From: Dehalococcoidia bacterium
Lineage (GTDB): Bacteria; Chloroflexota; Dehalococcoidia; Lucifugimonadales; Lucifugimonadaceae
Direction: 5' to 3'
DNA length: 64,000 bases
Assembly (NCBI GenBank): GCA_022451965.1
Contig: JAKUNJ010000008.1
Span: forward strand, 8,931-72,930
The notes beneath the pieces are model-generated. The model was given only the letters and a program-made list of their open reading frames with translations, was not told the DNA's origin and made no database searches. The translations under genes were made by a program, and so were the position numbers. Of this stretch, positions 9,508-19,609 are shown piece by piece; the first letter of the stretch is position 1; the number at the start of each line of letters is the position of its first letter.

Positions 9508-10467
9508 TTAATTTGAAAAGTTGGTATAAACTAAATCCTCAATATTAAGAGATTTATCCAAAAATTTATTTTCATTCATCCAATTATACGTATCATACCA
9601 TTTACTTAAATCTTGATATCCAAAATTAACACCTTCAGATTGCCACATTGGTATTAATAACTTAATTCCTGCTCTCTCAACCTCTTCTTCAACAATTTCT
9701 TTTCCAGCTATGTTGATTAAGCTATCAATTGATTTTTCAGGATTTAATATAGAGAATTCGTAACCTTTTTTAATTGAACTTACGACTTTTTTCAATTCAG
9801 GATTTTTTTCCTTTAAAAATGTTGAATTAGTAATTAACAGTAGTTCATAATAATCTGGGACACCCCATTCTTCTAATCTCATAATTTCTATATCGTAACC
9901 TTGAAGCTCCATAACTATTGATTCATGGGTCCAATAAGCTCCTATTATTGCATCAACTGAACCTGATACTAAGGCCTTAACTAGTTCAAATCCGACATCA
10001 ATCGTATCAACATCTTCAATATTTAAGCCTTCGTTATTTAGTACAGTTTCCAACATTGCTTTATTTGATGGAATTCCAGGATAACCAATTGTTTTACCTT
10101 TTAAGTCACTAGGAGTTTGTATATTTTTTTCTTTGAGAGTCATAATAGAATTTAATGGATGCTGGGAAATACTTAAAACTGAAATCACATCTAGCCCCGC
10201 AGACTGAGCTTGTAAAATATCTGGATGATATGATAGTCCAAGATCGTCACGACCACTTGCAACTGATGATATTATTGCAGTAGGATCAGAAGGAGTATAA
10301 ACTTCTAAATTTATATTTTCTTTTTCGAAAAATCCTTCATCAATAGCTGAATATATTCCTGAGTGATTAGAATTTGGATACCAATCTAATGCTATGGAAA
10401 CAGATTTGTCATTTTGACAACTTATAAAAGATATTCCTAAAATTATTCCTAGTAATATTTTTTTCAT
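9508..10467 (-). CDS. thiY: ABC transporter substrate-binding lipoprotein, NMT1/THI5-like (pyrimidine-precursor ThiY type)
   Basis: 319 aa with a lipoprotein signal (LGIILGISFISC) and an NMT1/THI5-like motif (ALDWYPNSNHSGIY). It is the last gene of the operon headed by the TPP riboswitch. Confidence 0.65.
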   Translation of the reverse strand: MKKILLGIILGISFISCQNDKSVSIALDWYPNSNHSGIYSAIDEGFFEKENINLEVYTPSDPTAIISSVASGRDDLGLSYHPDILQAQSAGLDVISVLSISQHPLNSIMTLKEKNIQTPSDLKGKTIGYPGIPSNKAMLETVLNNEGLNIEDVDTIDVGFELVKALVSGSVDAIIGAYWTHESIVMELQGYDIEIMRLEEWGVPDYYELLLITNSTFLKEKNPELKKVVSSIKKGYEFSILNPEKSIDSLINIAGKEIVEEEVERAGIKLLIPMWQSEGVNFGYQDLSKWYDTYNWMNENKFLDKSLNIEDLVYTNFSN

Positions 10468-11228
10468 TAATAAACTCCCTTGATTAATTTTTTTTCTATT
10501 ATTTTTACTGATAAAAAAAGAACTGATGCAAATAATGATAATAAAAAGATTGAAGCAAAAACTCTTTCAGTTTGAAATAAGGGTCCAGATACTTTCATAA
10601 TCCAACCTAAACCTGCTTTCGATCCAATCCATTCTGCTACAACAGCTCCTATTACTGAGCTTACAGCAGCAACCTTAAGACCTGAAAAAAAGCTTGGTAA
10701 AGCTAATTTAATTTTTAATAATGAATAAATTTGATAAGTTGATGCTCCCATAGTTTTCAGCATATTTTCCATTTCATTATTTTTTTTATTAAGCCCGTCA
10801 AAAACTCCTATGCATATAGGGAAAAATGATATTAAGAACACCACTATAATTTTAGATAATAATCCAGCTCCAAACCAAACAATAAGAATAGGTGCAAGAG
10901 CAAAAATAGGGATCACTTGAGATGCAATTACATATGGCAATATAGATCTCTCTAAAACTTTCGAAAGAGTCATTGAAAAACCTAAAATTATTCCTAGAAT
11001 CACTGCTAGTGCTAAACCTAATATAATTTCATATCCTGTCACTGACATGTGATATAACAGAAAACTTGTTGAGTTTAAGAATTCCAAAAAAATAGCTGAT
11101 GGAGATGGTAAAAGCCAAGGTTCAAATAAATTCATAATTGATAAGATTTGCCAAATCGCTATGATAAAAATAAAGGCAAGAATTGGTAAATACCAATTTA
11201 TTAATTTATTATATAAATTTTCTAACAA
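10467..11228 (-). CDS. thiX: ABC transporter permease (NitT/TauT family, ThiX type)
   Basis: 253 aa, multi-TM, binding-protein-dependent permease organisation. Start and stop abut the neighbouring genes. Confidence 0.7.
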   Translation of the reverse strand: MLENLYNKLINWYLPILAFIFIIAIWQILSIMNLFEPWLLPSPSAIFLEFLNSTSFLLYHMSVTGYEIILGLALAVILGIILGFSMTLSKVLERSILPYVIASQVIPIFALAPILIVWFGAGLLSKIIVVFLISFFPICIGVFDGLNKKNNEMENMLKTMGASTYQIYSLLKIKLALPSFFSGLKVAAVSSVIGAVVAEWIGSKAGLGWIMKVSGPLFQTERVFASIFLLSLFASVLFLSVKIIEKKLIKGVY

Positions 11229-11975
11229 TTACCTTACCTCTTCTAATCTACAATAGAGATCTTTACGAATCTCAAGAAATTCACCAGACATATTAATATT
11301 TGAGCTTCTAGGATGGGGCATAGAAATATCTTTTTGAAACCTAAAATTATTTTTGCCTGAACCCATGATTATAACTTTATCTGATAAAAAAATTGCTTCA
11401 TCGATATCGTGAGTGACTAAAATTATTGATTTTTTTATATATTTCTTTAATTGCTCTAACCATATGTATAGTTCCATTCTAGTTATTGCATCGAGAGATG
11501 CAAAAGGCTCATCTAATAAAATAAATTCTGATTTTTGTATGATAGTTCTAAGAAAAGCAGCTCTTTGCTTCAATCCTCCAGACAATTCATTTGGATAGAA
11601 ATCAATATATTCATTTATCCCAAGAATTTTAGACTTTTCAATTACATCATCATAACTTGATTGACTTTTATCACCTAGAATTTTCAATGGTAAAAGAACA
11701 TTTTCTTTTACAGTTAACCAAGGAAATAGTAGGTCATTCTGCTGCATGTAAGAAATATTTCCGAGTAAATCTTTGTTGTTATCTATCGTAATATTGCCAG
11801 AAATAGGTTTTAGTATTCCTGAAATCATTTGAAGTAGAGTGCTTTTACCACATCCACTGTGTCCTAAAATTGCAATAGTTTGACCACTAGGAAATTCGAA
11901 AGAAAGATTATTAATTATGGGAGCTTCGTTGTTGAAGCTATAATAAATTTTTTCTAAGATTATATTTTTTTTCAT
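11229..11975 (-). CDS. thiZ: ABC transporter ATP-binding protein (ThiZ type)
   Basis: 248 aa with Walker A GHSGCGKST, signature LSGGLKQR and Walker B ILLDEPF. It is the first gene after the TPP riboswitch. Confidence 0.75.
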   Translation of the reverse strand: MKKNIILEKIYYSFNNEAPIINNLSFEFPSGQTIAILGHSGCGKSTLLQMISGILKPISGNITIDNNKDLLGNISYMQQNDLLFPWLTVKENVLLPLKILGDKSQSSYDDVIEKSKILGINEYIDFYPNELSGGLKQRAAFLRTIIQKSEFILLDEPFASLDAITRMELYIWLEQLKKYIKKSIILVTHDIDEAIFLSDKVIIMGSGKNNFRFQKDISMPHPRSSNINMSGEFLEIRKDLYCRLEEVR

Positions 11976-11977
11976 TC

Positions 11978-12054
11978 TTCCCTCCGCTAGAATTATCTAG
12001 TTCAGGTTTTATGGGTCGGTTTTATACCCTCTCAGCCCTTATGAGCTCCCCAAG
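11978..12054 (-). promoter_or_regulatory. TPP (THI-box) riboswitch
   Basis: The minus-strand RNA reads CUUGGGGAGCUCAUAAGGGCUGAGAGGGUAUAAAACCGACCCAUAAAACCUGAACUAGAUAAUUCUAGCGGAGGGAAGA-AUG. This matches the conserved GGGG.GC / GCUGAGA / ACCC / ACCUGA / GAUAAU..AGCG.AGGGAA blocks. The 3' arm contains the GGAGG SD of thiZ. Confidence 0.9.
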
Positions 12055-12102
12055 TAAATGTTAATGTTAAATATACAATAGTTTTCAAATTTAAAAAAAC
12101 AA

Positions 12103-12801
12103 GTGACAGACAAAATAAATAAATTAATAAATTATACTAAGAATTTTTTTTTACTAATGTTACTAATGTTAATAGTTTCTTGTTCAAAAAATGTTTCAAT
12201 CGAATCTTTAAGTTCTGAAGAAATAATATCTTTATCACAAAGTAAAATAGTAAATTCTAAATCTTTTTCTTTTGATTTAAAACATAAAAATGGATCAACT
12301 GAATTACCTGGAAATTATAATATTTCTAGAGCAAATGGTGATATTCAGAAACCAAAAAATATCATGATAGATGCAGAAATAATCTCTAATAATTTCCTTA
12401 TAAAACTATCATATTTATCTCTAAACGATCAGTATTGGATTACTAATCCAATATCTTTTGATTGGATGAAAACTCCAGAGGAAGATAATCCATTTAGAAA
12501 TATTGATCCTATAAATATTTTGGGAGATATTTATTCAGAAATAGAATCGATTAGGTTGGTTGAATACAAAAATAAAGAGTATCTATTGAGGGCAAATATT
12601 AATTCAAATAATCTAACTTCTTTAGTCGGAGATATAATAATTCCTGATAAAAATGTGGATATTGAATTGTTTATAAATGATGAAGGATTTGTAAGAAAAA
12701 TTTTAATTTTTGGAGAAGTCCAACCCAATGACTTAAGTAATACCATAAGAGAAATTTCATTTTCTAACTGGAATGTTGAAATAGAATGGGATGAGCCTTG
12801 A
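12103..12801 (+). CDS. LprG/LppX-like (LppX_LprAFG family) lipoprotein
   Basis: 232 aa with a GTG start and lipobox LLMLIVSC. The overall pattern resembles mycobacterial LprG (SFSFDLKHKNG..., ANGDI, YWITNP..W, IDPINIL, ISFSNWNVEIEWDEP). Its end overlaps an MFS gene by 4 nt, as in the LprG-P55 operon. Confidence 0.55.
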   Translation: MTDKINKLINYTKNFFLLMLLMLIVSCSKNVSIESLSSEEIISLSQSKIVNSKSFSFDLKHKNGSTELPGNYNISRANGDIQKPKNIMIDAEIISNNFLIKLSYLSLNDQYWITNPISFDWMKTPEEDNPFRNIDPINILGDIYSEIESIRLVEYKNKEYLLRANINSNNLTSLVGDIIIPDKNVDIELFINDEGFVRKILIFGEVQPNDLSNTIREISFSNWNVEIEWDEP

Positions 12802-14258
12802 TTCTAGATAAAAAAATATTCTATATTTCTATTCTTTGCTTAGCAGTTTTTATAGCAGCTGATGATCAAACTGTAATTGTCACACTATTACCCAGTATGG
12901 TGTTAGATTTACGAATATCTATAGGTGAACTAAATAAAATTTCATGGACTATAACTTCCTACCTTCTAGGTTTTACTATAATTATGCCAATTGCAGGCAA
13001 GATATGTGATAAGTTTGGCTACAGATCTACCTTAATATTTTCTCTAATCATTTTTTCATTAGGTTCTTTACTAATTGGAATCACAAACTCAATACCTGAA
13101 AATTCTTATTTCCCTTCAAAATTAATGTGGATGATTATATTTAGATTTTTACAAGCTATGGGTGGAGGTGCCATAATACCAATTTGCATAGTAGGAGTGT
13201 CTTTAATTTTAGAAAAAAAATATTGGATATATGGATTTGGTTTAATTGGAGCTTCTGCAGAGTTAGGTGGAGTAATTGGGCCTCTGTGGGGGAGCCTAAT
13301 TATAGAATATTTTAATTGGGAAACCGCATTTTTAATTAACATACCTATATCAATTTTGATAATATTTCTTATGTATTTTTTACCTAAAAGTAGTATTTCT
13401 CAAATCAAAATAAAAATTTTTGACATAATGATTTTTTCTGTAATTATAATTCTTTCTACTTATTTAATATCTGAGTATAATGGAATTGATTTTTCTGCTT
13501 TAATAATAATTTCAACTCTATTAGTTTTGTCATCATTATTTGTAATAAGAATTTTGAAAAAACATCAGAACTTTTTACCCAATGAACTCCTGAATAATAA
13601 ATCATTTATGACATCGTCATTTATTCATTTTTTTGTAGGAGCTAGCTTAATTGTTATTATGGTAACTATTCCACTTTCAGCATCTACTATTCATCAAATG
13701 GAAAATTTAGAAATAGGATTGTCTTTATTAAATCTAACTTTATTTATAGGAGTTGGTTCAATTTTAGGAATATTTATATCAAAATTAAGTAATTTTATGG
13801 CATTAATGATTGCAGGATTTATATGCTCTATAGGAATTTTTCTTTACTCACTAAATATATCTGAGCCACCAGATGAATTGTTTTTTATTTTCATGATAAT
13901 TGGATTAGGATTTGGAATTTATATAGTCCCAATTCATAATGCTGGACTTAAAAAAATACCTGAAAAAATCAGAGGTATTTCGTCATCAATGATTTCTTTT
14001 TCTAGAATGATTGGAATGATTTTTGGATTATCTATAATGACAACTTTTGGTACTGCAAAATTTTCTGAATTAGTTTCTGGCACACAAATATTTACTTCAA
14101 ATGTCAATGATCAGCAAGAAATGATCGAATCTATAAATTTAGCAGGTTTATCTGTTTTTGAGGAATTAATTTTAGGTGCCTTAATATTTTCATTTATAGC
14201 ACTTTTCATAGCAGTTTTATCATATTTTTATACTGAAACAACAGATGCAACTGCGTAA
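12798..14258 (+). CDS. MFS transporter, DHA2-like (about 14 TM)
   Basis: 486 aa with a TTG start. Highly hydrophobic, with MFS motifs (GKICDKFGYR) and many predicted helices. Confidence 0.8.
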   Translation: MILDKKIFYISILCLAVFIAADDQTVIVTLLPSMVLDLRISIGELNKISWTITSYLLGFTIIMPIAGKICDKFGYRSTLIFSLIIFSLGSLLIGITNSIPENSYFPSKLMWMIIFRFLQAMGGGAIIPICIVGVSLILEKKYWIYGFGLIGASAELGGVIGPLWGSLIIEYFNWETAFLINIPISILIIFLMYFLPKSSISQIKIKIFDIMIFSVIIILSTYLISEYNGIDFSALIIISTLLVLSSLFVIRILKKHQNFLPNELLNNKSFMTSSFIHFFVGASLIVIMVTIPLSASTIHQMENLEIGLSLLNLTLFIGVGSILGIFISKLSNFMALMIAGFICSIGIFLYSLNISEPPDELFFIFMIIGLGFGIYIVPIHNAGLKKIPEKIRGISSSMISFSRMIGMIFGLSIMTTFGTAKFSELVSGTQIFTSNVNDQQEMIESINLAGLSVFEELILGALIFSFIALFIAVLSYFYTETTDATA

Positions 14259-14587
14259 TTTCTTGAATGACTAATAGATAATGCAATTTCTTTTATGCCA
14301 AGTTCATTTGCTTTCTTTTTTGCATTTCCATGAAGAATTACTTTTGGAGCTTTTCCTCTAGCTCTATATACTTCTATCGACTTCCATGGTACTCCCCTAA
14401 TTCCGGTGCCTAATAATTTCATAACGGCTTCTTTTGTTGCAAATCTAGCAGAAATTTGAGGGAAACGACCTCTACAGTATTCAATTTCTTGTTTGGTAAA
14501 AATTTTATTCATAAATCTTTCCGGATATCTTTCACAGACTTCTTTTATTCTATAAATTTCTATAATATCTATACCTGTAAGGAGCAT
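14228..14587 (-). CDS. acpS: Holo-[acyl-carrier-protein] synthase
   Basis: 119 aa with GIDIIEIYRI, FTKQEIEYC, KEAVMK and SISHSRNYAVA. Its 3' end overlaps the convergent MFS gene by 31 nt. Confidence 0.85.
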   Translation of the reverse strand: MLLTGIDIIEIYRIKEVCERYPERFMNKIFTKQEIEYCRGRFPQISARFATKEAVMKLLGTGIRGVPWKSIEVYRARGKAPKVILHGNAKKKANELGIKEIALSISHSRNYAVASVVSV

Positions 14588-14662
14588 TTTTTAAATTTCA
14601 ATAATATATATATTTAGTATAAGGTTATTTTTTTTTTTTGAAAGGAAAAAACAATTTCAAAT

Positions 14663-15538
14663 TTGATTGACGGAAAAAAAATTAGTACTTCAATTCAAGA
14701 TTCGCTTAGAAAAGATATATCAGAACTAATAATCAAATATAAAAAAGTCCCAAAACTAGTAGTAATTCTAATTGGCAAGAATCCTGCTTCAATATCTTAT
14801 GTAAAAGCAAAAGAAAGAGCTTGTAAAAAAGTAGGAATATTTTGTCATGTGGAAAGATTAGAGGAAAATATTTTAGAAAGTGAATTAATTAACTTTATTA
14901 ATAAAATCAACTTAGATACTGAAACTCATGGAATAATAGTTCAACTCCCTTTACCAAAAAGTTTAAATGATGAAAAAATAATTCAGTCTATTTCTCCAAG
15001 TAAGGATGTAGATGGATTAACTAATGAAAACTTGGGTTTACTAGCTTCTGGTAATCCCAGGTTTGTTCCAGCAACACCATTAGGCATTCAGATATTACTT
15101 CATGAAATAAATGCAAAAACTGAAGGATCTAATATAGTTATAATTGGTAGAAGTAAATTAGTTGGCATACCATTAGCTTTACTTTTGTCATCTAAATCTG
15201 AATTAGGCAATGCCACAGTCACAGTTTGTCATAGTAGATCAAAAAATATAAGAATGCATACTATCAAGGCGGACATAGTTATAGTTGCAACAGGATTTCC
15301 TAACACATTAACAGCTGATATGGTAAAAAAAGGATCAATCATAATTGATGTGGGGGTAAATAGAATAGAAGATAAAACAAAAAAAAATGGATATAAATTA
15401 ATAGGAGATATTAAATTTGATGAATTAAAAGATTTAGCTTATAAAATAACACCTGTACCAGGTGGAGTGGGTCCAATGACAATATCTATGATACTAAGAA
15501 ATGTAACTAAAGCATTTTCACTTAAAATGAAAAAATAA
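14663..15538 (+). CDS. folD: Bifunctional methylenetetrahydrofolate dehydrogenase/methenyl-THF cyclohydrolase
   Basis: 291 aa with a TTG start. Contains IDGKKIS, PASISYVKAKERA, GIIVQLPLP, VDG, GRSKLVG.PLA and TPVPGGVGPMT. Confidence 0.9.
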   Translation: MIDGKKISTSIQDSLRKDISELIIKYKKVPKLVVILIGKNPASISYVKAKERACKKVGIFCHVERLEENILESELINFINKINLDTETHGIIVQLPLPKSLNDEKIIQSISPSKDVDGLTNENLGLLASGNPRFVPATPLGIQILLHEINAKTEGSNIVIIGRSKLVGIPLALLLSSKSELGNATVTVCHSRSKNIRMHTIKADIVIVATGFPNTLTADMVKKGSIIIDVGVNRIEDKTKKNGYKLIGDIKFDELKDLAYKITPVPGGVGPMTISMILRNVTKAFSLKMKK

Positions 15539-15588
15539 TGTAAATGTTTACTTAAAAGCTAGATGTAATATAAAACTTCATTTAAAAT

Positions 15589-16608
15589 TTGCTTATGGCG
15601 ACATTAAAACGAGAAAATAATAAAAAAACTTTAAGAACTTCTAAAATTTCATTAGAAAAGAGAGAAATGCTAGAGCTTTATAAGAAGATGTTTCTTATTA
15701 GGCAATTCGAATTAGCATGTGGTGAAAATTACACTAAAGGCAACATAAGAGGTTTTCTTCATTTATACATAGGTCAGGAAGCCACAGCTGTAGGATCAAT
15801 TTCTAATTTAATAGATGAAGACTATATTGTTACCCATTATCGTGATCACGGCCATGCAATTGCTAGAGGATTAGATATTAATAGATCTATGGCTGAACTA
15901 TTTGGAAAGAGTACAGGATTATCTAAAGGAAAAGGTGGCTCAATGCATCTTTTTGATTCTGGCAAGAAATTTATGGGAGGACATGCAATTGTAGGGGGTC
16001 AATTCCCTCTTGCCACAGGGCTAGCCTTAGCATGTCAATATAAAAAAACTGGCGGACTAGTAGTTTGCTTTTTCGGAGATGGTTCTACAAACCAAGGAAC
16101 TTATCATGAAACCCTAAATTTAGCTTCTGTTTGGAAGCTACCTATACTTTTCATACTTGAAAATAATAAGTATGGAATGGGTTCATCTATAGATAGAGTA
16201 AGAGCCGGTGGAGAAGATTTTTATACAGCTGCAAGCACTTATGATATTCCTGCAGCACAAGTCAATGGTATGGATGTATTAGCGGTCAAAGAGGCTACAA
16301 AAATTGCAATTGAAAAGGTTCGTCATAATGGCGGACCTTTTTATTTAGAATGTAAAACTTTTAGATTTGTCGGGCATTCTCTTGCCGATGGTCAAAAATA
16401 TAGAAAGACAGATGAAATAAAAGAATGGGAAAAACAAGATCCAATAGTCAGGTTTCCTGAATGGCTTCTATCTGCAGGTATTGCCACAAAAAAAGATTTA
16501 GATAAGATACATAATGAAGTAAATATCACCGTAAAAGAATCTGTTGAATTTGCAGATTCAAGTTCAGAACCTAAAAATTCTGAAGTTTATAATGATATAT
16601 ATAAATAG
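15589..16608 (+). CDS. pdhA: 2-oxoacid (pyruvate) dehydrogenase E1 alpha subunit
   Basis: 339 aa. The track start is TTG, but ATG 15595 is more likely. TPP motifs YRDHGHA and FFGDGSTNQGTYHE..NLA are present. Assigning pyruvate rather than acetoin or branched-chain substrate is inferred. Confidence 0.8.
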   Translation: MLMATLKRENNKKTLRTSKISLEKREMLELYKKMFLIRQFELACGENYTKGNIRGFLHLYIGQEATAVGSISNLIDEDYIVTHYRDHGHAIARGLDINRSMAELFGKSTGLSKGKGGSMHLFDSGKKFMGGHAIVGGQFPLATGLALACQYKKTGGLVVCFFGDGSTNQGTYHETLNLASVWKLPILFILENNKYGMGSSIDRVRAGGEDFYTAASTYDIPAAQVNGMDVLAVKEATKIAIEKVRHNGGPFYLECKTFRFVGHSLADGQKYRKTDEIKEWEKQDPIVRFPEWLLSAGIATKKDLDKIHNEVNITVKESVEFADSSSEPKNSEVYNDIYK

Positions 16609-16632
16609 AACTAAAATGAAGAGTTAAATATT

Positions 16633-17613
16633 ATGCCTGAATTAGTAATGAGAGAAGCTATAAAGAAAGGACTTGAAGAAGCTCTTCAAAATGATCCAAA
16701 TGTTCTTATCATGGGTGAAGATATTGGTGCTTATGGTGGTGCTTATGCCGTGACTGATGGTTTCCTTGATAAATTTGGTCCTGAAAGAATAAAAGATACT
16801 CCTATTTCTGAGGCAACATTCATAGGAACGGGGATAGGAGCAGCTAGTGCTGGTCTTAGACCAATTATTGAACTCATGTCAATAAGTTTCTCACTTGTAG
16901 GTTTTGACCAAATTGTAAATATGGCTGCTAACATTAGGTATATGTCGGGAGGACAAATTAATGTACCTATGGTTATAAGAGCACCTACAGGGGCAGGTGT
17001 TCAGCTTGCAGCAACACATTCTCAAAGTTTTGAAACTTGGCTTGCTGAAGTTCCTGGTCTATATTGTGTTTGCCCTTCAAATCCACGAGATGCGTTAGGT
17101 TTATTAAGATCTTCAATAAAAAATAATAATCCAGTGATATTTGCAGAACCTGCATTGCTATATGGAGTCAAAGGAGAAGTTCCAGACGAATACTATGAAA
17201 TACCTTTGGGATCTGCAGACATAACAAAAAAAGGAGAAGATCTTACATTATTATCTTACGGAGCTGGCATTAGAATTATTAATGAAGTATCTGATATTCT
17301 AGAAAAAAAAGGAATAAATGCTGAAATAATTGACCTTAGATCTTTAAATCCTATTGATTATGCCACAATTGGAGAGTCTATAAAGAAAACCAATAAAATG
17401 CTTGCTCTAGATACTTCAAGAAGAAATGGTGGAATTATGGCTGAAATTGTTGCAGATGTCCAAGAAAACTTCAATGATTGGCTTGATTCTCCTATAATTA
17501 GAGTAGGAGCAAAAGATGTGCCGTGGCCTTATAATAAAAATCTTGAGAGCAATGCATATCCAGATTCTAGTGAAATTGTTGAAGATATTCTAAGTAAGAT
17601 GATAAATAAATAG
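16633..17613 (+). CDS. pdhB: 2-oxoacid (pyruvate) dehydrogenase E1 beta subunit
   Basis: 326 aa with MGEDIGAYGGAY.VT, DTPISE and transketolase-like pyrimidine/C-terminal domains. Confidence 0.85.
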   Translation: MPELVMREAIKKGLEEALQNDPNVLIMGEDIGAYGGAYAVTDGFLDKFGPERIKDTPISEATFIGTGIGAASAGLRPIIELMSISFSLVGFDQIVNMAANIRYMSGGQINVPMVIRAPTGAGVQLAATHSQSFETWLAEVPGLYCVCPSNPRDALGLLRSSIKNNNPVIFAEPALLYGVKGEVPDEYYEIPLGSADITKKGEDLTLLSYGAGIRIINEVSDILEKKGINAEIIDLRSLNPIDYATIGESIKKTNKMLALDTSRRNGGIMAEIVADVQENFNDWLDSPIIRVGAKDVPWPYNKNLESNAYPDSSEIVEDILSKMINK

Positions 17614-17632
17614 CAGTTATTAGGAGTTTGTT

Positions 17633-18922
17633 TTGGCTAATGAAATAACAATGCCCTCAATGGGAGCTGATATGACAGAAGGAACCATAGTCAAATGGTT
17701 AAAAAATGAAGGAGATAAAGTATCTAAGGGTGATAAATTAGCAGAAATTGAAACCGATAAAACTGTAGTTGAAATGGAAGCTTACGATGAAGGATTTCTT
17801 AGAAAAATAACTTCAATTGAAGGATCAGTTGTCCAAGTAGGAAAAATTATTGGCTATATAGGAGATATGGATGAAGATATCCCTGAAAAAGCAGAAGAAT
17901 CTAAAGAGACAGTTATTACTGAAGAAACTTCAAATAAAATAGCAGATTCTACCTCAATTAAAGAGACTAATTCTAGTGACTCAGGTGAAGAAGTTCATAA
18001 TTCCACCAAAGATTTACAAAAAGTAGATATAACTTTAAGTTCTGATTCAATAAGAATAAAAGCTTCTCCCATGGCAAAGAGATTAGCTAATGAAAAAAAT
18101 ATTAATTTAGCAGACATTAAAGGGTCAGGACCTGATGGAAGGATTACAAAAGATGACGTTGAGAAACACGTTCCTGGGCCTTCATTAGTTTCATCCAATC
18201 AATTGGGTAATAGTAAAAATATAAATCTAGATAGCTCTGATATTCAGCTAAACACTATGAGGCAAGCTATTTCTAGAGTTACAGTTAAATCAAAAACCGA
18301 AATACCTCATTTTCAAGTTACGGTAGAAGTTGATATGACTGAAGCAATGAAAATGCGCTCTGACATAAATGAAGATATTGAAAAGAATGGAATTAAAATA
18401 TCAGTTAATGACCTAGTTTTGAAAGCAACTATAAACTCTTTGCTAAAATATCCAAAATGGAATACTTCATTTGATGGAGACAAACTAATTTCTTACTCAA
18501 GTATCAATCTTGGTATTGCGATTGCTCTTGAACAAGGTTTGATAGTACCAGCAATTCTAGATGCACAGAATTTAGATTTAATATCTCTTGCTTCTAAATC
18601 TAAAGATTTGGGAAATAGAGCGAGAGGAAATGGAGATCCTCTATCAAATCAAGAATTAACCTCTGGAACTTTTTCTACATCTAACTTAGGTATGTTTGGT
18701 ACACATGCCTTCACTGCAATAATAGTTCCTCCTCAAAGTGGAATTATAGCCCTAGGTGAAGTAAAAAAAGAGGCAAAAGTCATAAATGATGACATTCAAA
18801 TTAGGCAAATAATGTATGCCACTTTATCAGCAGATCATAGAGTTGGAGATGGAGCTGAAGGAGCTCTCTTAATGAAAGAATTTAAAGAACTCTTAGAAAA
18901 GCCTTCCAGGCTATTATTATGA
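17633..18922 (+). CDS. pdhC: Dihydrolipoamide acyltransferase E2 component
   Basis: 429 aa with a TTG start. Has a single lipoyl domain (EIETDKTVVEMEA), a subunit-binding domain (ASPMAKRLA..GSGPDGRITKDDV) and the catalytic DHRVGDGA. Confidence 0.85.
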   Translation: MANEITMPSMGADMTEGTIVKWLKNEGDKVSKGDKLAEIETDKTVVEMEAYDEGFLRKITSIEGSVVQVGKIIGYIGDMDEDIPEKAEESKETVITEETSNKIADSTSIKETNSSDSGEEVHNSTKDLQKVDITLSSDSIRIKASPMAKRLANEKNINLADIKGSGPDGRITKDDVEKHVPGPSLVSSNQLGNSKNINLDSSDIQLNTMRQAISRVTVKSKTEIPHFQVTVEVDMTEAMKMRSDINEDIEKNGIKISVNDLVLKATINSLLKYPKWNTSFDGDKLISYSSINLGIAIALEQGLIVPAILDAQNLDLISLASKSKDLGNRARGNGDPLSNQELTSGTFSTSNLGMFGTHAFTAIIVPPQSGIIALGEVKKEAKVINDDIQIRQIMYATLSADHRVGDGAEGALLMKEFKELLEKPSRLLL

Positions 18923-19584
18923 CACCAACGGTTAAATTAGTAAGTTATTCACAAGCCTCTAATGAATTTGAAAACTTAGGATTAACCGATGTTCAAGAAT
19001 TAATAGCATTTTGTGCAAGAGTTTCAAATCCTTCTAATCAGCTAAATTCTGAAACAAGTGAAAAACTTATAAATTATCTTATAAAAAATTATCATTGGTC
19101 TCCCTTAGAGATGGTAAATGTATGTTTAGAAATTGAAACCACTAGAGATATTGCGAGACAGATATTAAGACATAGAAGTTTTAGTTTTCAAGAGTTCAGC
19201 CAAAGATATGCAAATCCAACAGAAGATCTAGATTTTGTAATAAGAGAAGCAAGATTACAAGATAATAAAAATAGACAAAATTCTATAGAAAATCAAAATT
19301 CAGAGCTAGAAAATGAATGGTCAAAAAAACAAAAAAAAGTTATAGAAAATGCAATTAAGACATATGAATGGGCTATAGAAAACGGTATCGCAAAAGAACA
19401 GGCAAGAGTAGTTCTTCCAGAAGGTAATACAGTTAGTAGATTATATATGAATGGTACCCTAAGGAGCTGGATACATTATATTGACTTAAGAGCTTCTCAT
19501 GGAACACAAAAAGAACACATTGAAATAGCTAAAGCATGTGCTTTAGTAATTTCAAAAATTTTTCCAATGGCAGATAGTTTATAA
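18919..19584 (+). CDS. thyX: FAD-dependent thymidylate synthase
   Basis: 221 aa with the ThyX signature RHRSFSFQEFSQRY. Its start overlaps the E2 stop (ATGA). Confidence 0.9.
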   Translation: MTPTVKLVSYSQASNEFENLGLTDVQELIAFCARVSNPSNQLNSETSEKLINYLIKNYHWSPLEMVNVCLEIETTRDIARQILRHRSFSFQEFSQRYANPTEDLDFVIREARLQDNKNRQNSIENQNSELENEWSKKQKKVIENAIKTYEWAIENGIAKEQARVVLPEGNTVSRLYMNGTLRSWIHYIDLRASHGTQKEHIEIAKACALVISKIFPMADSL

Positions 19585-19609
19585 TTAAATTTTTGAAATT
19601 ATAAATTAT

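Noticed and set aside
14628-14639. T12 homopolymer in the acpS/folD divergent promoter region, considered as a phase-variation tract.
   Set aside because: Homopolymeric A/T runs are frequent in this genome. The flanking genes are housekeeping genes that are unlikely to be phase-variable. Without population data there is no support.
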